Source: Lama guanicoe
Lineage: Eukaryota
Direction of reading: 5' to 3'
DNA length: 64,000 nt
Assembly (NCBI GenBank): GCA_013239625.1
Contig: MU053557.1
Span: 999,063-1,063,062 of the forward strand
A program made the translations under genes and the position numbers. Position 1 is the stretch's first letter. The number at the start of each line of letters is the position of its first letter. The notes under the pieces are model-generated. The model was not told where the DNA came from and did no database searches. It saw only the letters and a program-made list of their open reading frames with translations. This document shows, in pieces, positions 12,801-27,029 of this stretch.

Positions 12801-12829
12801 ACTCTTAGCTTTATGGGTTATAAATAGTT

Positions 12830-12990
12830 CCACTTGTGCTGAGTTGAATAATCCTTAAAATCATCCTGAGGTGTAGTGAAAACATTGCTGTACCCAGTTT
12901 TCAGATGCAAGACTGAGTTTTAAAATTATAGGTCTGATCACATAGCTCATAGACCAGAGACCTAGGATTGGAAACGAGAGGTTCTTTTCC
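12830..12990 (-). mobile_element. MIR SINE
   Basis: cccagttttcagatgcaagactgag core. Confidence 0.6.
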
Positions 12991-13559
12991 AGTCCCTTTG
13001 TACTCTTTTTTTGTTATTTGTACTCAGTTCTGTCATTATCTCAATATGTATCGAAGTTGAAAAATCATCTACAGAAACTAAAATTTCTAGGTGTAATTTT
13101 GATAAGGGGCAGGATATTTATATACTTAAATAACAAAATTGAGATAATCCATATATTGTGTTTCATATTTTGATTTTTAAAATCACTTATATTATACACA
13201 TTCTAATGACATTAAATCATCTTTTGTATCATGATTTTTCCAATTTTGCTTAAGCCTCTAGTGTAGAGCATTCAGGGCACATAATCACTTTCAGAATTTA
13301 CGGAACCTCTCATTACTGATCTGCACTCATAAACCATCCCACTGCTCCCTAAATTCACATAGACATCCTCTTATGTCTGATATATGACCCTAGACATGTG
13401 AATAGTCTTGTGAAATAAATGTTATAAAATAAGATTTTAAAAATATGTTTTCCAAATCATTGAAATTATAATTTGCTCAAGACCAGGCTCATTTCTAGTT
13501 ATTTTGTTTACTATACTTTAAGACCTACTTCTTTCTCTCTCTCTTTATATGTATATAAT

Positions 13560-15780
13560 TCTGTCTTTAACTGCATTATATATCCATAATGATCATCTAT
13601 TGCACTTTATTTTTCCATTCCTCATTTGGTAGAAACTTTGGAGTTATAAACAATGCTATGAAGATATCATAGTCAGCAACAATGCTGTGAGGGACATCTT
13701 TGAACATGTTCCCTTATGGAACTGAGTAAAAATTTCTCTGAGCTCGATCCTTGGAGTGTGATTTCTCCATCCAAAAGCATATGCAGATTGAATTTCTACA
13801 GGTGATGCCAGTTTTTGACCACCTGATATCAGTTAAGCCTCCCAGAAACAATGCTCGAGGATCTCATTTCCCTAGATTAAATCTAGATGTAATCCAACTT
13901 CTTAAACTTTTTGAAATCTGATGGATATAATCTGATACGTCATTCTAAAGCCAGTGAATTTGAGAAAGTCTTTATGTTCTGGTTACCCATCTGTGGTTTC
14001 CTGTTTACAAATAGCTTGTTCACTTCTTCATACATTTTTGAGTTAAATTTCTGTCTTTTTATTATTTATATTCAGTAACTTACATAAATTTAACTGCAAA
14101 ATACTCTACATGTTAAAATTCATTTTACATGTTTCCTATTGTTGAATATTTTGATTGGATCAAACTGTTGCCATTTTAAATAATGGTGTGGTGAATATTT
14201 CAGTACATTGGTATACATGTCTGTTTAGTTCTTAAACACCTTTTGTTTAAGTACAAATAGAAGTACAAGAGATTCAACTGTATTAATGTATTTAAAGTGT
14301 TAGATAGGTAATAAGAAATTACTCTACAACTATATAAATATATTTAAAGTGTTAGATAGGTAATAAGAAATTAGTCTATCAGTTTTTCCCAGTATATGAG
14401 ATTTCCTATTGCTCTAAACCTTTGCCAACCTTGAGCATATTCTTTATCTGAATAATTACTAATTGTTCAAATAGCATCTGGGAATTTCAGTGAACATTCT
14501 TTAGTAATTAACACATAGAGCATAGAGTGCTATGAAACTTCCTGTATCTAGTCATTTGCCAGTACTATAGTGCTTTCATTATTTTACTTGTTAGATATGC
14601 TTTCATATACTATAGTAACCGTTACTACTTTTCTTTTTCAAACACTTCCTGGATATTTTTGCCTCTTTTTTCCATTTAAATTTTGGAGTGATTTTTTTTT
14701 TTCTTGTCTCCTCTCAAGTTCAGTGAGTTTTGCTTTGTTTTTGTTTTAGGGTTTGGTCAAATTTATAGATTACTTTAGAAGGAATTGAATCTTCGCATCC
14801 AAGAGCATGACATCCTTTTAAGCTAGTTGAAGTCCTCTTTTACAGCTCTTAAGACTGCTTAAATTTGCTTTGTATAGATCCTGCATACTTCTTATGTAGT
14901 TCATCTAGATATTATCTGTTTTTAAAGGAAGGGAGGAGTTGCTATCTCAAATGGGATTTTTTTTCTCCATTCTAAGTTCTAAGTTGTTTGTATAGTAATG
15001 AAGACTATTGATTTCTTGTATTACTTTTATCTATTGCCTCTTTATTGGATTCTCTTACTGTTTGTAATTGTTTTCCAGTTAATTTGCTTATCTCATTGTT
15101 TGCAATAATATCCTCTACAAATAATGGTAATTTTAACTCCTTTCCAGGTTTTTTTTTTGTGTGTGTGTGTGTCTTTAGTTTTTGTGTTTTCTAATTGCAG
15201 TTTGAATCCTCCAGAACAATGTTAAATAATAATGCTGGCTGTGGTCACCTTTGTCTTATTCCTGATTTTAACTAAGAATGCTTCAAGAGCTTTCTGATCA
15301 TGTGAGATGTTGACTTATGATGTTAGGAAGTAGCTATTTATTCTTATTAATTCATCTTTCTATTAGGAAATGATTTTGAATTTTATCAAATATATCCACA
15401 TCTGTGAAGAGAAACATAAATGTTCTTTTTAGATATGTTGTATATTTTAATAAGTATTTTGAGGTTAAACTATACCTGCATTCCTGGAGTAAACTCCACT
15501 TAGTCACAGTGCATAATTATTTGAATGTATTGCTGGCTTCTGTTGGCTAATATATTAAGGTTTTAAGATGACATTTATAAATAAGTTTGGTATATAGACT
15601 CACTTTGTTATTTCTGAACTTTTGGTATCAAGGTTTTGTTCATTTCATTAAAATTATTTAGGGACTCTTTTTCCATTTTCTGGAGAAATTTAAATACCAT
15701 TGTAATTAATTTTTTTTCAAATATTTGGTGAACATCCCTCTAGAACTTGGATCTGATACTTCCGGGGCTAATAATGTTTG
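13560..15780 (-). mobile_element. Old L1M (L1ME-like) 3'UTR-ORF2 fragments
   Basis: ataaacaatgctatgaa; ccagaacaatgttaaataataatg...ctttgtcttattcctgatttta; tgcattcctggagtaaactccacttagtcac. Confidence 0.75.
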
Positions 15781-16559
15781 GTCAACTTGCTCTCTTTCTC
15801 TCTCTAGCAGTGATTTACATTTGGGAGTAGTTTCATCAGGACCAAGAAGTGGAGAGGTGGTTCAGAATGAAACATTATTTTCTCTGTTTCCGAAGATGTA
15901 GACGAATTTCTGAATATGTGGTTTGTTCATGTGATGAGTTTCTGTGCATATGCTGCTTCCTCTGGCTGGCTGATTGGAGCCTCATCTGGGGAAGCGTCTG
16001 CTACCAGACCACATGCCCTTTGAATAGGTGTAGACCAGGGACTCAGGGGCTGCACCAACATGTACCTTCACAAGAGTGCTTTAAGCCATTGGCTATTTGA
16101 GGCCAGGAACTTGCTCTTTTCATTCTCTGTGTAATTTCTTTTTTTGTCTCCTGACTTTAGCTGTCCTTTGACACATCTTGAGATTTGAGGCTTAGCTGTC
16201 TCTATATAGCTGAGATTGGAATGTGTACATTCTTTTTGTTGCTTTAAGATAATTGCTTAGAAGAGCGGTACTGGAATGCTCACTTAATTTATTTTCAAAT
16301 AAAAGGTGATTAATAAGCATTTTTCTATCTTTATTTCATGAGTAAATTTTCAAATTATAAAATTCCTCTTGTACATCTCTCATTTTGGACTCAGTGTTTG
16401 ATGAAGAACACATTAAATTTTATCATTGCTGTTTTAGGCTATATCAGGATGATCTTAAAGTTTATTCTTTGACTGGTTAATGCAATGAAATGTATTAGTA
16501 CACATTTAGTATGAAATCTTTTTTGCATTCCTCAAATCTGTTGAAAAGCAAACAATAAA

Positions 16560-16775
16560 AAATTACGTTTATTGAATGTTTACCCATATATGCTCAATAA
16601 ATGTCACTAAGTTCTATGTATATATGTATTATCTTTTTAAATCCTCACCACAGTTCTATTAAGTCAGTACTATTAATATTTTACATGTGAAGACTCGTTA
16701 AGACTAAGTCATAAGTTCACAAAACTAGTATGAACAGTGATCCCAAGTTTTAGCCAGGCTGACTGACCTCATATC
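16560..16775 (-). mobile_element. MIR SINE
   Basis: tttattgaatgtttac...aatcctcaccacag...attttacatgtgaagact. Confidence 0.65.
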
Positions 16776-16805
16776 TTGTTTTATTATTTTGATATACCAG
16801 TAGTT

Positions 16806-16950
16806 AAAAATTTTTTTAAAATACATTTTTTGGGGAGGGGTATTCTTAGGTTTATTTATTTATGTATTTTTAATGGAGGTACTGGGGATCGAACCTAGGA
16901 CCTTGTGTGTGCTAAGCACACACTCTACAACTGGGCTATACTCTCCCCCC
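16806..16950 (-). mobile_element. Camelid tRNA-derived SINE (Vic-1-like)
   Basis: ggaggtactggggatcgaacctaggaccttg...ctctacaactgggctata is the reverse complement of a tRNA head with A/B boxes; TSD tataccagtagtt (16793-16805) / tatactagtagtt (16953-16965). Confidence 0.85.
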
Positions 16951-16959
16951 TGTATACTA

Positions 16960-19500
16960 GTAGTTTTAATTTACTAACATTTTATTAAGTATTTTTAAAT
17001 CTAGTTCAATATATCAGTAAGATTTTGGTGTAATACCTATTTTCAGAATGAAATAAAAAAGTGAAATAAACATTTTGTATTAAAGAAGTGATGGAAAGCA
17101 GGAGTTATCCCTGCTTTAAATACTCAGTTGCTATTGCTTATAAAGCCATTTAAGCAAAGGACTAATTTTACAAGCAATTATTCAGTTTCTTTTTCTGTTG
17201 TGCCCAATGTTGTCATTCTTTTCAGTTTATCTTTCTTTTTAGGCAGGTTTTGGTACTCTTATTGTTTTAGAACATGTCCTCTTTTATTTAATATTTTTTT
17301 AAATTAATTTTATTTATAAACTTTTATTTAATTCTTTTCATTTTTAGTACTAAATACTTTATATGTATATACCAGTGGACAGAATAATACCTACCCATGT
17401 AATATATATCTAGATAAATAGAAAAAGATATACTCAATAGGTATTGCCACGTTTTCCTCTGTTTGCTTTATGCCTTTTGATTGGTTTTACCAGACCGAAG
17501 ATCCTGCACCCACCCCAAAACCACCGCAGACTCATATCTGTTACTTCTTTGCTTTTGTTTGATGGAATGTATTTTTCTGATTATTAGTTAACAATTTTCT
17601 TAGTTTTCCTCAAATGAGTTTTAGTATTCCTTTTCTAAATCTTGAAGTTAAAAGTTTATTTCCTTTTATTTACCTTAAAATATTGATCTAATTCAAAGAT
17701 ATGAATTTCTTTAGTCATTTTCTGTATTATACTAATCTACTGTCATTATTTTATAAATAGCTCATAATTATAGTTTTGATTTTCCTTTTAAAAAAGTTCT
17801 TTGGTATGTTTCAGAAATATACTGTATTAATTCTACCTTTATTATTAGAGAAAGTGGTATATATCTTCTACCTTTGAGAATTTATGCAGTTCTTATTATT
17901 GCCACAGAATGTAACCAATTTTGGTAAACATTCCATAATCTTGAGAAAATAAGGTGGATTCTTGGTGTGTAAAAAAGCTGTTTTGTACATAATCATGTAT
18001 TATATCTGAAATCTCTGTATATTGTTTACATATTTTTCTGTCAAAAGCTGATACTGGTATATTAAATTTTCCCACTTCATCTGTGTTTCTGACAATTTTT
18101 CTATAATTCTGAGTTTTTGATTACTGTATTTCAATTCTATATTCTCTACTTGGAGGTTCATGACTCATGTCTTTATTTCTTTGTATTTAACTTCTGTCAG
18201 TATAAATGACTTCTTTTTCATACCTTGATTTAAATCATACTTTGATAATTTTGCCAGCCTGTGTTCATTCTTGTGATTTATCTTTGTAAGTTCTTTATTT
18301 GAATACTGTTACCCCAACGGTAAGCTCTTTTTTTTTAGTAAGGAATTTGATTCATTTACCTTCATGCCGATAGCAGGTAAGTTTAGTCTTATTACAGTCA
18401 TCTTCATGATGTTTCTTTTTTCCTTTTTGATGATGGTTTTTCTCCTTCCGTATCTTTTGTTATATCACACACACACTTTGCCTTTTATTATATAAATTTG
18501 AGAAGCATATACATCTAAAGTATGATTATATTAAGTGTACATAGATGTGTTTCTTTTAAGGATGGGGCAGAGAATCATCTCAGGTCACTTAGTGAGTAAC
18601 CCCAAATTATTATCAGTTAGTTATAAGCTGTTAAATGATATGCAAGGCCTAAAATTATTTTGAATTGCATAAATTTTAAAACCATACAGACAAATTATTT
18701 CAGTTTTGCCTTGTTTGATTTAGTTTTATTGCACGCAGTTCAGCCTCAGATAATAGCCATTTTCTTTCGAAGATACACATTTTGATTTCTCTCGGGGAAG
18801 CTGCTATACATCTGTAAATAATTTATTTCTCAAGAAAAGCATTTGGGGGCTGCACAAGTAGCATGCTTTTCCTTCTTGGCTTATTACATGTGAGTTTTTT
18901 TGGTCCTTGAAATTAAATGATTACAAAAGAGTTTTTGGTCTATGTTCATTTTACATAATACTTATGATACTTAACAGTACTATATGGTACATAAAGAGTC
19001 TGTTCATCTTGCAAATCTGTGTCCTCGTAACTCCAGCAAATTTTTCATCTATTTATTACCTTTGTCTTATCCTTGTATTCTCCACCTTTTTTTTGTTATT
19101 ATACATCTATATTTTTACTCAACTCTTCTATCATTAATACTTTGTGGCATCGTCTATGAATTTTTTGAATTTGTCATGCACATTGTTAATTGAGTTGAGT
19201 ATCTAACCTGCCGTTTATCTCAATATTTTAGAGAGATCTTTATATAATCTTTCCTTATTTTAGAAGGTTTCTTTCAAAATAAATGCTCAGCTCCAGTTTC
19301 ACAGATAAAGTGCCCTCTTGAATCTTTTGAGGAACACACATCAGAATATTTTTAAATACTTTGCTTGTTGCTTGCTGTGTCAGAGGAATCCCTGTGATTT
19401 CTGTTTTCAAGGTGATCCTCTTTTTCTAACCTGCAATTTGTATCGGAGTATTTCCTCTATTTGTTCAACTGGGAAAATGCAGATGATTTTTTTTGTCCTG
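16960..19500 (-). mobile_element. Highly decayed old L1M ORF2/ORF1 fragments
   Basis: T-rich tract with remnants such as aaacattccataatcttgagaaaataa and attaaattttcccact. Confidence 0.55.
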
Positions 19501-20149
19501 TTGAAGTCTAGTTCCCTGGGAGGAAATCTTGCGTTGTAATCACCCCTTCACCTTCCTGCGATCCCACGTTTTCTCATCTCATTTAGAAGATGTAAGTGGA
19601 ATTTAGAGAAGTCTCTCATTTCTTCTCCAGGAAGAGGTCTCATGAGAGGTCATAGTTTTCCTTACTACCTGCATTATGTTCCTTCCTGAGGATTTCTTAG
19701 CAAAAAATCCTTGGTTTTTCTAGCATCTTTTGTATTTCAGTCTCTGATGGGAAGTTTTCTCTATTAAGGAAATCATATGAAATATTCATAAAAGTGGGGA
19801 GCAAGGTACTGCTGCTTGTGTTGCATGTTTTAGGATATTTTATAATATGTTGTAATACATACACAGACATATTATGTTATATTATATACTATATATACCA
19901 CACATGCTACATACACCACATATTTTACAAAAATCTGCAATCCTTTGTTAATCTTTAGCTATGATAGTATAGATAGGTAATTTTTCTCCATTACAGTGTA
20001 TGTTATCTCCACAGTAAATTCAGATACAACCACTTTTGAGTGGTACCAAATATCTATTAAATAACTTGAAGAAAAAGCAAACACCTTTCCAACCCAATGT
20101 GTTCTAGACATTCCATAATCACTTTAGGACCTCAGAACGCTTGACTGAG

Positions 20150-20910
20150 AAGACCAAGACAATTCAGTGTGAATTTCCTCAGCATCCCTTTCTCTGCATC
20201 CCAAGTTATACTTTCTTTTTTCTTAATAATCAAGCGATCTCCATCAGTTCCCATTTCTATTTCTCTGGGTCTTTGATTCATCAGTTATGTTGTTCTTCCC
20301 AATCTTAAGTTATTTCTACTCACTCCTTTTCCCTAGATGGAAAATTTGCCCAAATTCTTTCTTTGAGAATGTAGTCTACACGTGCTTCATCCTCTTTATT
20401 GCCACACACTCATATCTCAATTTCCGTGCCTTTTCTGCTAAAACAATTCTTTGAGAGTAACCATCTAGGGGTCTTTAACTCTTTCCTTACCCTCTTTCAT
20501 TTGTTGGTTGGCTAGGATATCATTAGTCATCCCTTCCGCATCCTGGAAACCCTTTCCACCTTTGAGACCTAGGTTTACGCTGCTTCTCCTCTGTTTGTTG
20601 TGATTAATTCTTCTCCAGCTTTAGTAGCTCTTGTGATTTTTTCCTTCTGCCTAAGATCTCTGGTACTTTGATGAAACCTTCCTCCCAAATTCTCCTTGGT
20701 GAATTCATCCATTCTTAAAGCTTCAGTGTGCATCACTAGGCTGATGACAGTTTAATCTACATCTTTCATTTCTAGCACTTCCTCCTGAGATGCCATTTTC
20801 CTCAACCATCTGATAGACACTATCTCTAAGAGTCTTAGTTGGGATGCTCAAAATCTGGAAACCTTCTGTCTCTCTTTCCATATCCATCAGTAACCAAATG
20901 CTGTCATTTT
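20150..20910 (+). mobile_element. L2 LINE fragment
   Basis: ctccttggtgaattcatccattct...ggctgatgac...atctacatct; ccatatccatcagtaaccaaatgctgtc. Confidence 0.65.
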
Positions 20911-20929
20911 TTTTCTTTTGAAATTAGCT

Positions 20930-21216
20930 TTTTTTTTTTTGGTTTTGTGTATTTATTTATTGAAGTATAGTCAGTTTACAATGTTGTGTCAATTTCTGGT
21001 ATATAGCATAATGCTTCAGTCATACATGAATATACATATATTCATTTTCATATTCTTTTTCACCGTAGGTTACTACAAGATACTGAATGTAATTCCCTGT
21101 ACTATACAGTATGAACTTGTTTATTGATTTTATATATATTAGTATCTGCAAATCTTGAACTCCCAGTTTATCCCTTCCCACCCACCCCCCTCCCCAATCA
21201 CCATAGATTTGTTTTC
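20930..21216 (-). mobile_element. Young lineage-specific (camelid-type) L1 3' end
   Basis: T-tail then ttattgaagtatagtcagtttacaatgttgtgtcaatttctggt; closely similar to the copies at 34510 and 48235. Confidence 0.85.
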
Positions 21217-21959
21217 ATTATCCTATTTGTCTTCTTGTCATCTCCACCTTGAATCACCTGTCTCCCTGCTTAAGTACCACCCCATTTAGTGCACTTGTAT
21301 CGTACACACTAAGGACTTGAACTTGCTGCCATTGCTTTCTCATGAGTAGGAATATGAACAGGCCCATCCAAGACCAGTTTCTACTTTGATCAAACAGTCT
21401 GCAGGCTCTGTTCATAGGCACATACCACATAGAAGTCTCATAATGCAGAAATGCCTGCTTGCATAATGACAGTATGTTCCCTTCAAGTCCCACCTCTTTT
21501 CACTTCAGGACAGTAATGTTGCAAGTATTTAAACAGGACAAAGAGATAAACTTAAAATATGTTGATACTTTTGTTTTTAATCAATCTCAGGGAAACTCAT
21601 TCTGGGATTTACTTATCTCTTCTGACTGATCACAAATCAAAAATGAGACTTACTGTCTGTCAAGTGACTCATGTAGTTTCTTGTAACATCCCCTTCTACA
21701 TAGCAGATTATCCAGCTTGGAATATAGATTAAATCTCTGGTCTGTGACAGAAGAGAGGCATAGTTTGTAAATATTTAACTAAAAAGTATTTTTAGCCAAT
21801 AGGCATATTGAACTATTGGATTTTAAATGTTGTAATGTTACAGACTCTCTCTTGTGAAATTATTTTGGAAACAAGTCCTGGGAACCCTTCTGCTGGACTG
21901 ACCCCTTGGTGATGACATCCCAGCATGTAGGATTCAGCACTCGTTTCCTGCTCAGTGAT

Positions 21960-22190
21960 GGCAGCTCACATGCACACAACACATTAGAGTTTGTGAAACA
22001 CTCATAATTCTTTTTCACTAATCTTTACCATAACCCTACAAGATGGATGCAAAATGCTGTACTAGTCTTACGTGAAAGATGAGCAAAGATAAGGACTGGA
22101 GAAGTTGAGTGGGTTTGGGAAGGTGAAACAGCAAAAAGTGTCAGATTCTGGTCAAGAATTGTAGTCTGACTCCAAGAACCAATATTTTCC
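21960..22190 (-). mobile_element. MIR SINE
   Basis: taatctttaccataaccctac...aagatgagcaaa...agtctgactccaag. Confidence 0.6.
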
Positions 22191-22229
22191 CCTTAAACTA
22201 AACTATTATGGACGTATACACATCTGATG

Positions 22230-22570
22230 TTCCTGTAATTTTTTGAGTCCCCACTTTAATGTGAGTATAGGCTGAGTACTGGGGATCTGTTATTCATCTT
22301 TGTATCTCTAAACACTGTCACAGAGCTGTCCATTATGTTGACATTTGATAAGTGAATCAATATGTAATAATATTTAACATTTACTTAATGTTTCTTTGTT
22401 TCAGATACTAATAACTTTATTGACTCATTTGATCCTTGCAACCACTCTTGTAATAGGTATGGCAACTACTACCTCTATTCCATAGAGGGAGAAATTGGGG
22501 CAGAGGAAGGCGGAATAATACACTCATAGCCAATAAATGATGGAGTTGATGTTTGAACCCAGCACTCATT
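22230..22570. mobile_element. L2 3' end (+) followed by MIR (-)
   Basis: tctgttattcatctttgtatctc; ttgactcatttgatccttgcaacc...gatgtttgaacccag. Confidence 0.6.
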
Positions 22571-22636
22571 TAGCCCCTGTATTGTAATGTCTTTCATGAT
22601 GTGAGTCCATCATAAAAATCAGATGATGATAATGGG

Positions 22637-23085
22637 TGTGGAGGTCTTAAAACGTGTCTCCAAATTGTTAGACAGTCCTCCCAGGGAGAGGTGTGAGTTT
22701 GTAGCTTCTCCCATTGACCTGGGGAGTTTGGTAAATGGCCATGCAGCTTGTACCTTGTGACCTGGAACATCTGTCAATACAACCCTGAACTGACAGGAAA
22801 GTCGTCTAACTTAATGATGCCAAACCGCAAAGAAACCCAAGGCACCAGGAGAAACCACGATTGGGCACCTCTGACTAACAGTCCCAGCTGATGCTGGTGT
22901 TGCAGGTTGTCCCAGCTCTGTGGTCAGACGTGGAAATGAAGAGTGTTTTGCGTCAGTCCCAGCCATTCTAGTATTCCCAGCTAAGACCCCAGACTTTGGG
23001 GAGCAGAGATAAGTCAGCCCCATTGTGCCTCGTCTGTATCCTTGATTCACAGAATCCGTGAATATAACAAATGGTTGCTGTGGTA
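22637..23085 (+). mobile_element. MaLR LTR (MLT1F/G/H-like)
   Basis: ccattctagtattcccagctaagaccccagac...ggagcagagataagtc...cacagaatccgtgaatataacaaatggttg. Confidence 0.75.
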
Positions 23086-23532
23086 TGGCACGAAAATCAC
23101 CAGATTAATGAGATTTAATCCTAGTTAAATAATGTTCCCATATCCCAAGGCCGCTTGCTCTCTGATAATACTCCAGAGCTGCTTAGTTGAATTAATCAAA
23201 TATGTTATGTGTTACAAACCCCACACCAGAGGGCACTGCACATTTGGCTGACGGAAGTGTTTAAAGAGATTGGCCCATTGATCAGCTCCTTGCTTCCAGG
23301 AAACCCACAGGAATGTGGAATCTCTTCGTATTCTGCTGAGCTCAGTGGGTTGTGTGTTTTGTTCTTGGCTTCTTGGCCAACAAGTGTTGGCAATCATGTC
23401 ACTCCTTCTCTGATTATATTGTAACTGGGTATGAATTGCTGCTGCTGTTGTACTGACGTTTTACCCTCCCCAAAACTGGGTGCATTGGCCAGCTTTCTTG
23501 ACTATGTAAGTCTCTCTCTACCCCTGGATTTT

Positions 23533-23663
23533 TTTCATGAGAGTTTTGTTTTGTCTTTTTTTGGGGGAGGGGGAATTAGGTTTATGTTTTCGTTTTGACA
23601 GAAGTACTAAGGATTGAACCCAGGACCTCATGTATTCTACCACTGAGCTATACCCTCCCCCTC
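23533..23663 (-). mobile_element. Camelid tRNA-derived SINE (Vic-1-like), internally deleted
   Basis: ggattgaacccaggacctc...taccactgagctataccctcccc; TSD cccctggatttt (23521-23532) / cccctagatttt (23664-23675). Confidence 0.85.
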
Positions 23664-24667
23664 CCCCTAGATTTTCTGAGGAGCAGCCAAACCTACAGAA
23701 AGTGAAAAATGACCAATGTTAGCTCCGGCTTTCTTCCTGAGCCAGGATGCATTTACTTGGTTGTGTTCTTTGTGTACCATACTGTGGACTAAGAATATCA
23801 GTCAGCTCCTTCAGATCTTAGGCATCACTGAAAACTTACTAGATTTACAAACGCTGGACACAAAAAAGATGCAAAGGACTTGATTGTTAATGCATATGAG
23901 CAACTGCAGTTGTGATACATTCTCTGGGCCAGAATTGCTATTTGAGCCATTCATTTATTCATTCATTGAAAAAATTATTAATTGAGGTCTTTGTGCAGAG
24001 CATTCTGCTAGATGTTAATGAATCTGCACCTAAAGTAGAAACACACTGCATTCATTGCCATTTCTTTTACTCTTATCTTTTTAGTACCTGTACCCTGGAA
24101 TGCTGTGCCCTCTATCCATGTGGGGCTCAATTCATTTTCGTTCAATTAGTAGAAAACGAAAGTGATTTTTCCTTTCCTGAAAGAGTCTTTATTCATGAAG
24201 CCTTTCCTTATTCTTTCATCCTATATTTAATCCCTTTTTCTTCTAGGCTCCTAGAAGAACTCAAATTTGTACTTATGTATGTATTATGGAGTTTGGATTT
24301 TCTGTTATAGTTTCGTGTTCTAGATTAATAAGGGCCTTATCACTCACGAAAGAGTATTTGGTTGATGACCCACTAAGCATTTGATGTTTGACAAGTCTTT
24401 TTCTCTCTAGTCCTCAGTTTCCCCTTCTGTAAACTTGTGCATTTGAATTAGGTAAGTGGATTTCAGTCTGTGTGCCAAGACCCTCCGGGGCAGGATGGGA
24501 GAGTAGCTGAAGTTTCTAAGACCTTCTTGTGTATATTTCAATGGAACTTTTAAAAAATAAATGTATGTAAAACACACAAATTAATTTGTAACACCTGGGC
24601 TTTAAAGTTTATTTTAAAATAAAAAGGGTCCTCATAAGGAAAAGGTCAGAAATTATTAATCTGTAGA

Positions 24668-24884
24668 TAGAGTTGGCAAACAATGACCTCTGGGACAAAC
24701 CTAGCCAGCAGCCTATGTTTGTGTAGCCCACAAGCCAAGAATGGTTTTTACGTTTTAAAAGGGTTGTTAAACGCGCAGCAAACAGGGAAGATTGTGTCTC
24801 AGACTACACGTGTGACCTGCAGTACCTAAAATACTTACCCAAATATTACTCTGGCCCCGCACAGAAAAAGCTCAGTGACCCCTA
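24668..24884 (+). mobile_element. MER58-type hAT-Charlie element
   Basis: gagttggcaaac...gccaagaatggtttttacgtttt...ctggccccgcacagaaaaagctcagtgacccct; 8-bp TSD-like ctgtagat/gtgtagat. Confidence 0.8.
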
Positions 24885-24909
24885 GTGTAGATCAAGGATG
24901 TAATGTGCG

Positions 24910-25539
24910 TGTCTTCTGAGCCAATCATGTATTCTACTTGGCCTTGCCCATGGCAGACATCTTTAATGGGTTACCGAGTGCCTCTCCATCTGCCGTAGCC
25001 TTCCCACTCACTCAGTGCTCCTGGAAGTTCGTTACCAATCTAGTGGAGCTGGCATTTTAGCCTCCAAGCTCTCACTGCATGGGATATCTATACTTAAAAG
25101 AATGTTGAGGCAGTCTGTTACTGCCCCAGTCCACTCTGTCTAAGCTTCTAGTGCATTCTAGCTGGCTTCCATTGCAATATCTGTATGTCTTTTGCTCAAA
25201 GGCTTTTTCCAAAGTCACTGAAGGTGACACCCCACCTATACCCGGCAGGCCAGGAATGTCTAGGAGTTTACATTAGAAGCAGCTAACACCCCAGCTCCCT
25301 TGCCTTTTGGGTAGGATAATTACGAGATACTCTTAACAAAACCTTCCAGAGTTTCCCCATGAGGTTAAGCCCCATTTGCTCATTATGGTAACTGGCTAAA
25401 TGATGCACCTTTATTAGCCTCTTCCCTTCCCTTTGACACCATTGTTTTTCCTGCTGGTGTTCGCTGCATTTCCCAAATAAACCACTTACCCTGGAATCCT
25501 TATCTCAGAGTGTGCTTTTAGAGAAACCCCAACCAAGAC
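24910..25539 (+). mobile_element. ERVL LTR16-family LTR
   Basis: ccttccagagtttcccc...ggtaactggct...cccaaataaaccactt...atccttatctcagagtgtgcttt...ccaaccaagac. Confidence 0.75.
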
Positions 25540-26699
25540 TGATTTCAAACCTACCCCTCTATGGAAGTCATGCTTTAACAAAGACCTCTGACTTAAAACA
25601 TTATGAGCTTCGCTTGCAAGTTCTGGAATTTGCTGCTTGCAGTTACTCGTTTTGAGGACATTTGTTATTAAACCAGTGGTATGGTCTGATGACATCTCCA
25701 TTGTTGACTGTGGCATGATGGATGGATCAAATAATTAATTTTCTGATTGGATACTGGAAGCTTTTCAGCCCATTTCTCTAGACCCTTATTAGTGAAAAGA
25801 CTTCCTGGGTGCGCTTACAATGGAAAACTCACAACCAATAAACAATTGAGTTTTAAAATTTACATTGGCCAGGCAGGTTGTTATGCCAAGCTCTAATAAT
25901 AACTCCATTTTTTCTCAAACCCTAGCAGAAAATGCAGGCAGCTGTGTCCAATTATGCTGAGCACAGCAAACTGAAACTTATTAAAGGTAGGAAACAGGCT
26001 GTTTCAGGATGTGAAAATCTCAACATAATTTCTCAAGTGTATGGTTTAGTTGCTGCTTTTACTTTATTTTATTTCTCATGCCAACATTTAGTTTTTTAGT
26101 TTCCAGTGTAGGGCAGAAAATGCGGTCTTCATCAATACCTAAAAGTCAGAGTCCAAATATATAAGTTCTGTTTCTGGACCAACCAGTGACTGTATTGAAT
26201 GATCCACACAAATCATTTCTCATTTACTGTTCAAAAAAATGCAATTAATAATGCCCCTTCATGAGAGGAGAATTTTGATTAAAGTTTATTTGGGGATTTG
26301 AGATCTAAAACCACGATACGGAAAAATGCAAGATGGCAGAGCATTTTAATTAACTGGGTTATCGGTCTGCCTGACAATTGGAGCAGTGTTTCATGAAGGG
26401 ACTTTCATGATCCTGAAAAAAAAATTCATTTTTTTTATGATGTGAGAAAAAAATTTCTTAAAGTAACTTTTCCTCCTTCCACCACCTCTGGCTTTCCCAG
26501 AGGAGTTGATTCCATCAACAACTTACTCTGTTGCCAGATGATTCTGATGATGTTTTCCAAGGTGTCCATGCTGCATCAGGGACCTGGTCCAACTCTTCTC
26601 CTTTGTCTAATAGAAGTCACTGATCCCTTTGCTGGCTTCCTTTAATGTGGACCAGCCAGGGAGCAGTCTCTCTTCTCACTCTTCTACTAATTCAGTATC

Positions 26700-26990
26700 T
26701 TTTTCTGCACCATGAGATATTTTACAACTGGTTTCAAAACAGTGCCCACGATGGTTTTTCATGCTGTCAAAGCTAGTACCTTATTTTTCTAGACAACTTT
26801 CCTATCCCCTCATCTAAATTGGATCCCTTGTCATGTTTACTCATGTACTGTGTGTTTTCACTTCACTGAACTTAGAGCTGTTGGCAGTTACGTATTCATT
26901 TCATTGGTTATGTGACTAATGTCTTTGTTTCCCCACTAGCATATATGCCCCAAGAGGGCAGGGAGCATATTTGTCCATTAATTACCATAT
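26700..26990 (+). mobile_element. L2 3' fragment
   Basis: taatgtctttgtttccccactag...gagggcagggagcatatttgt. Confidence 0.6.
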
Positions 26991-27029
26991 TCTCATGTTT
27001 TTTCCTAAAACATGATATTGTTAGATGAA

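Noticed and set aside
16870..16950. tRNA gene
   Set aside because: The tRNA-like head has an AT-rich tail and a TSD, so it is a SINE; the same applies to 23600 and 30960.
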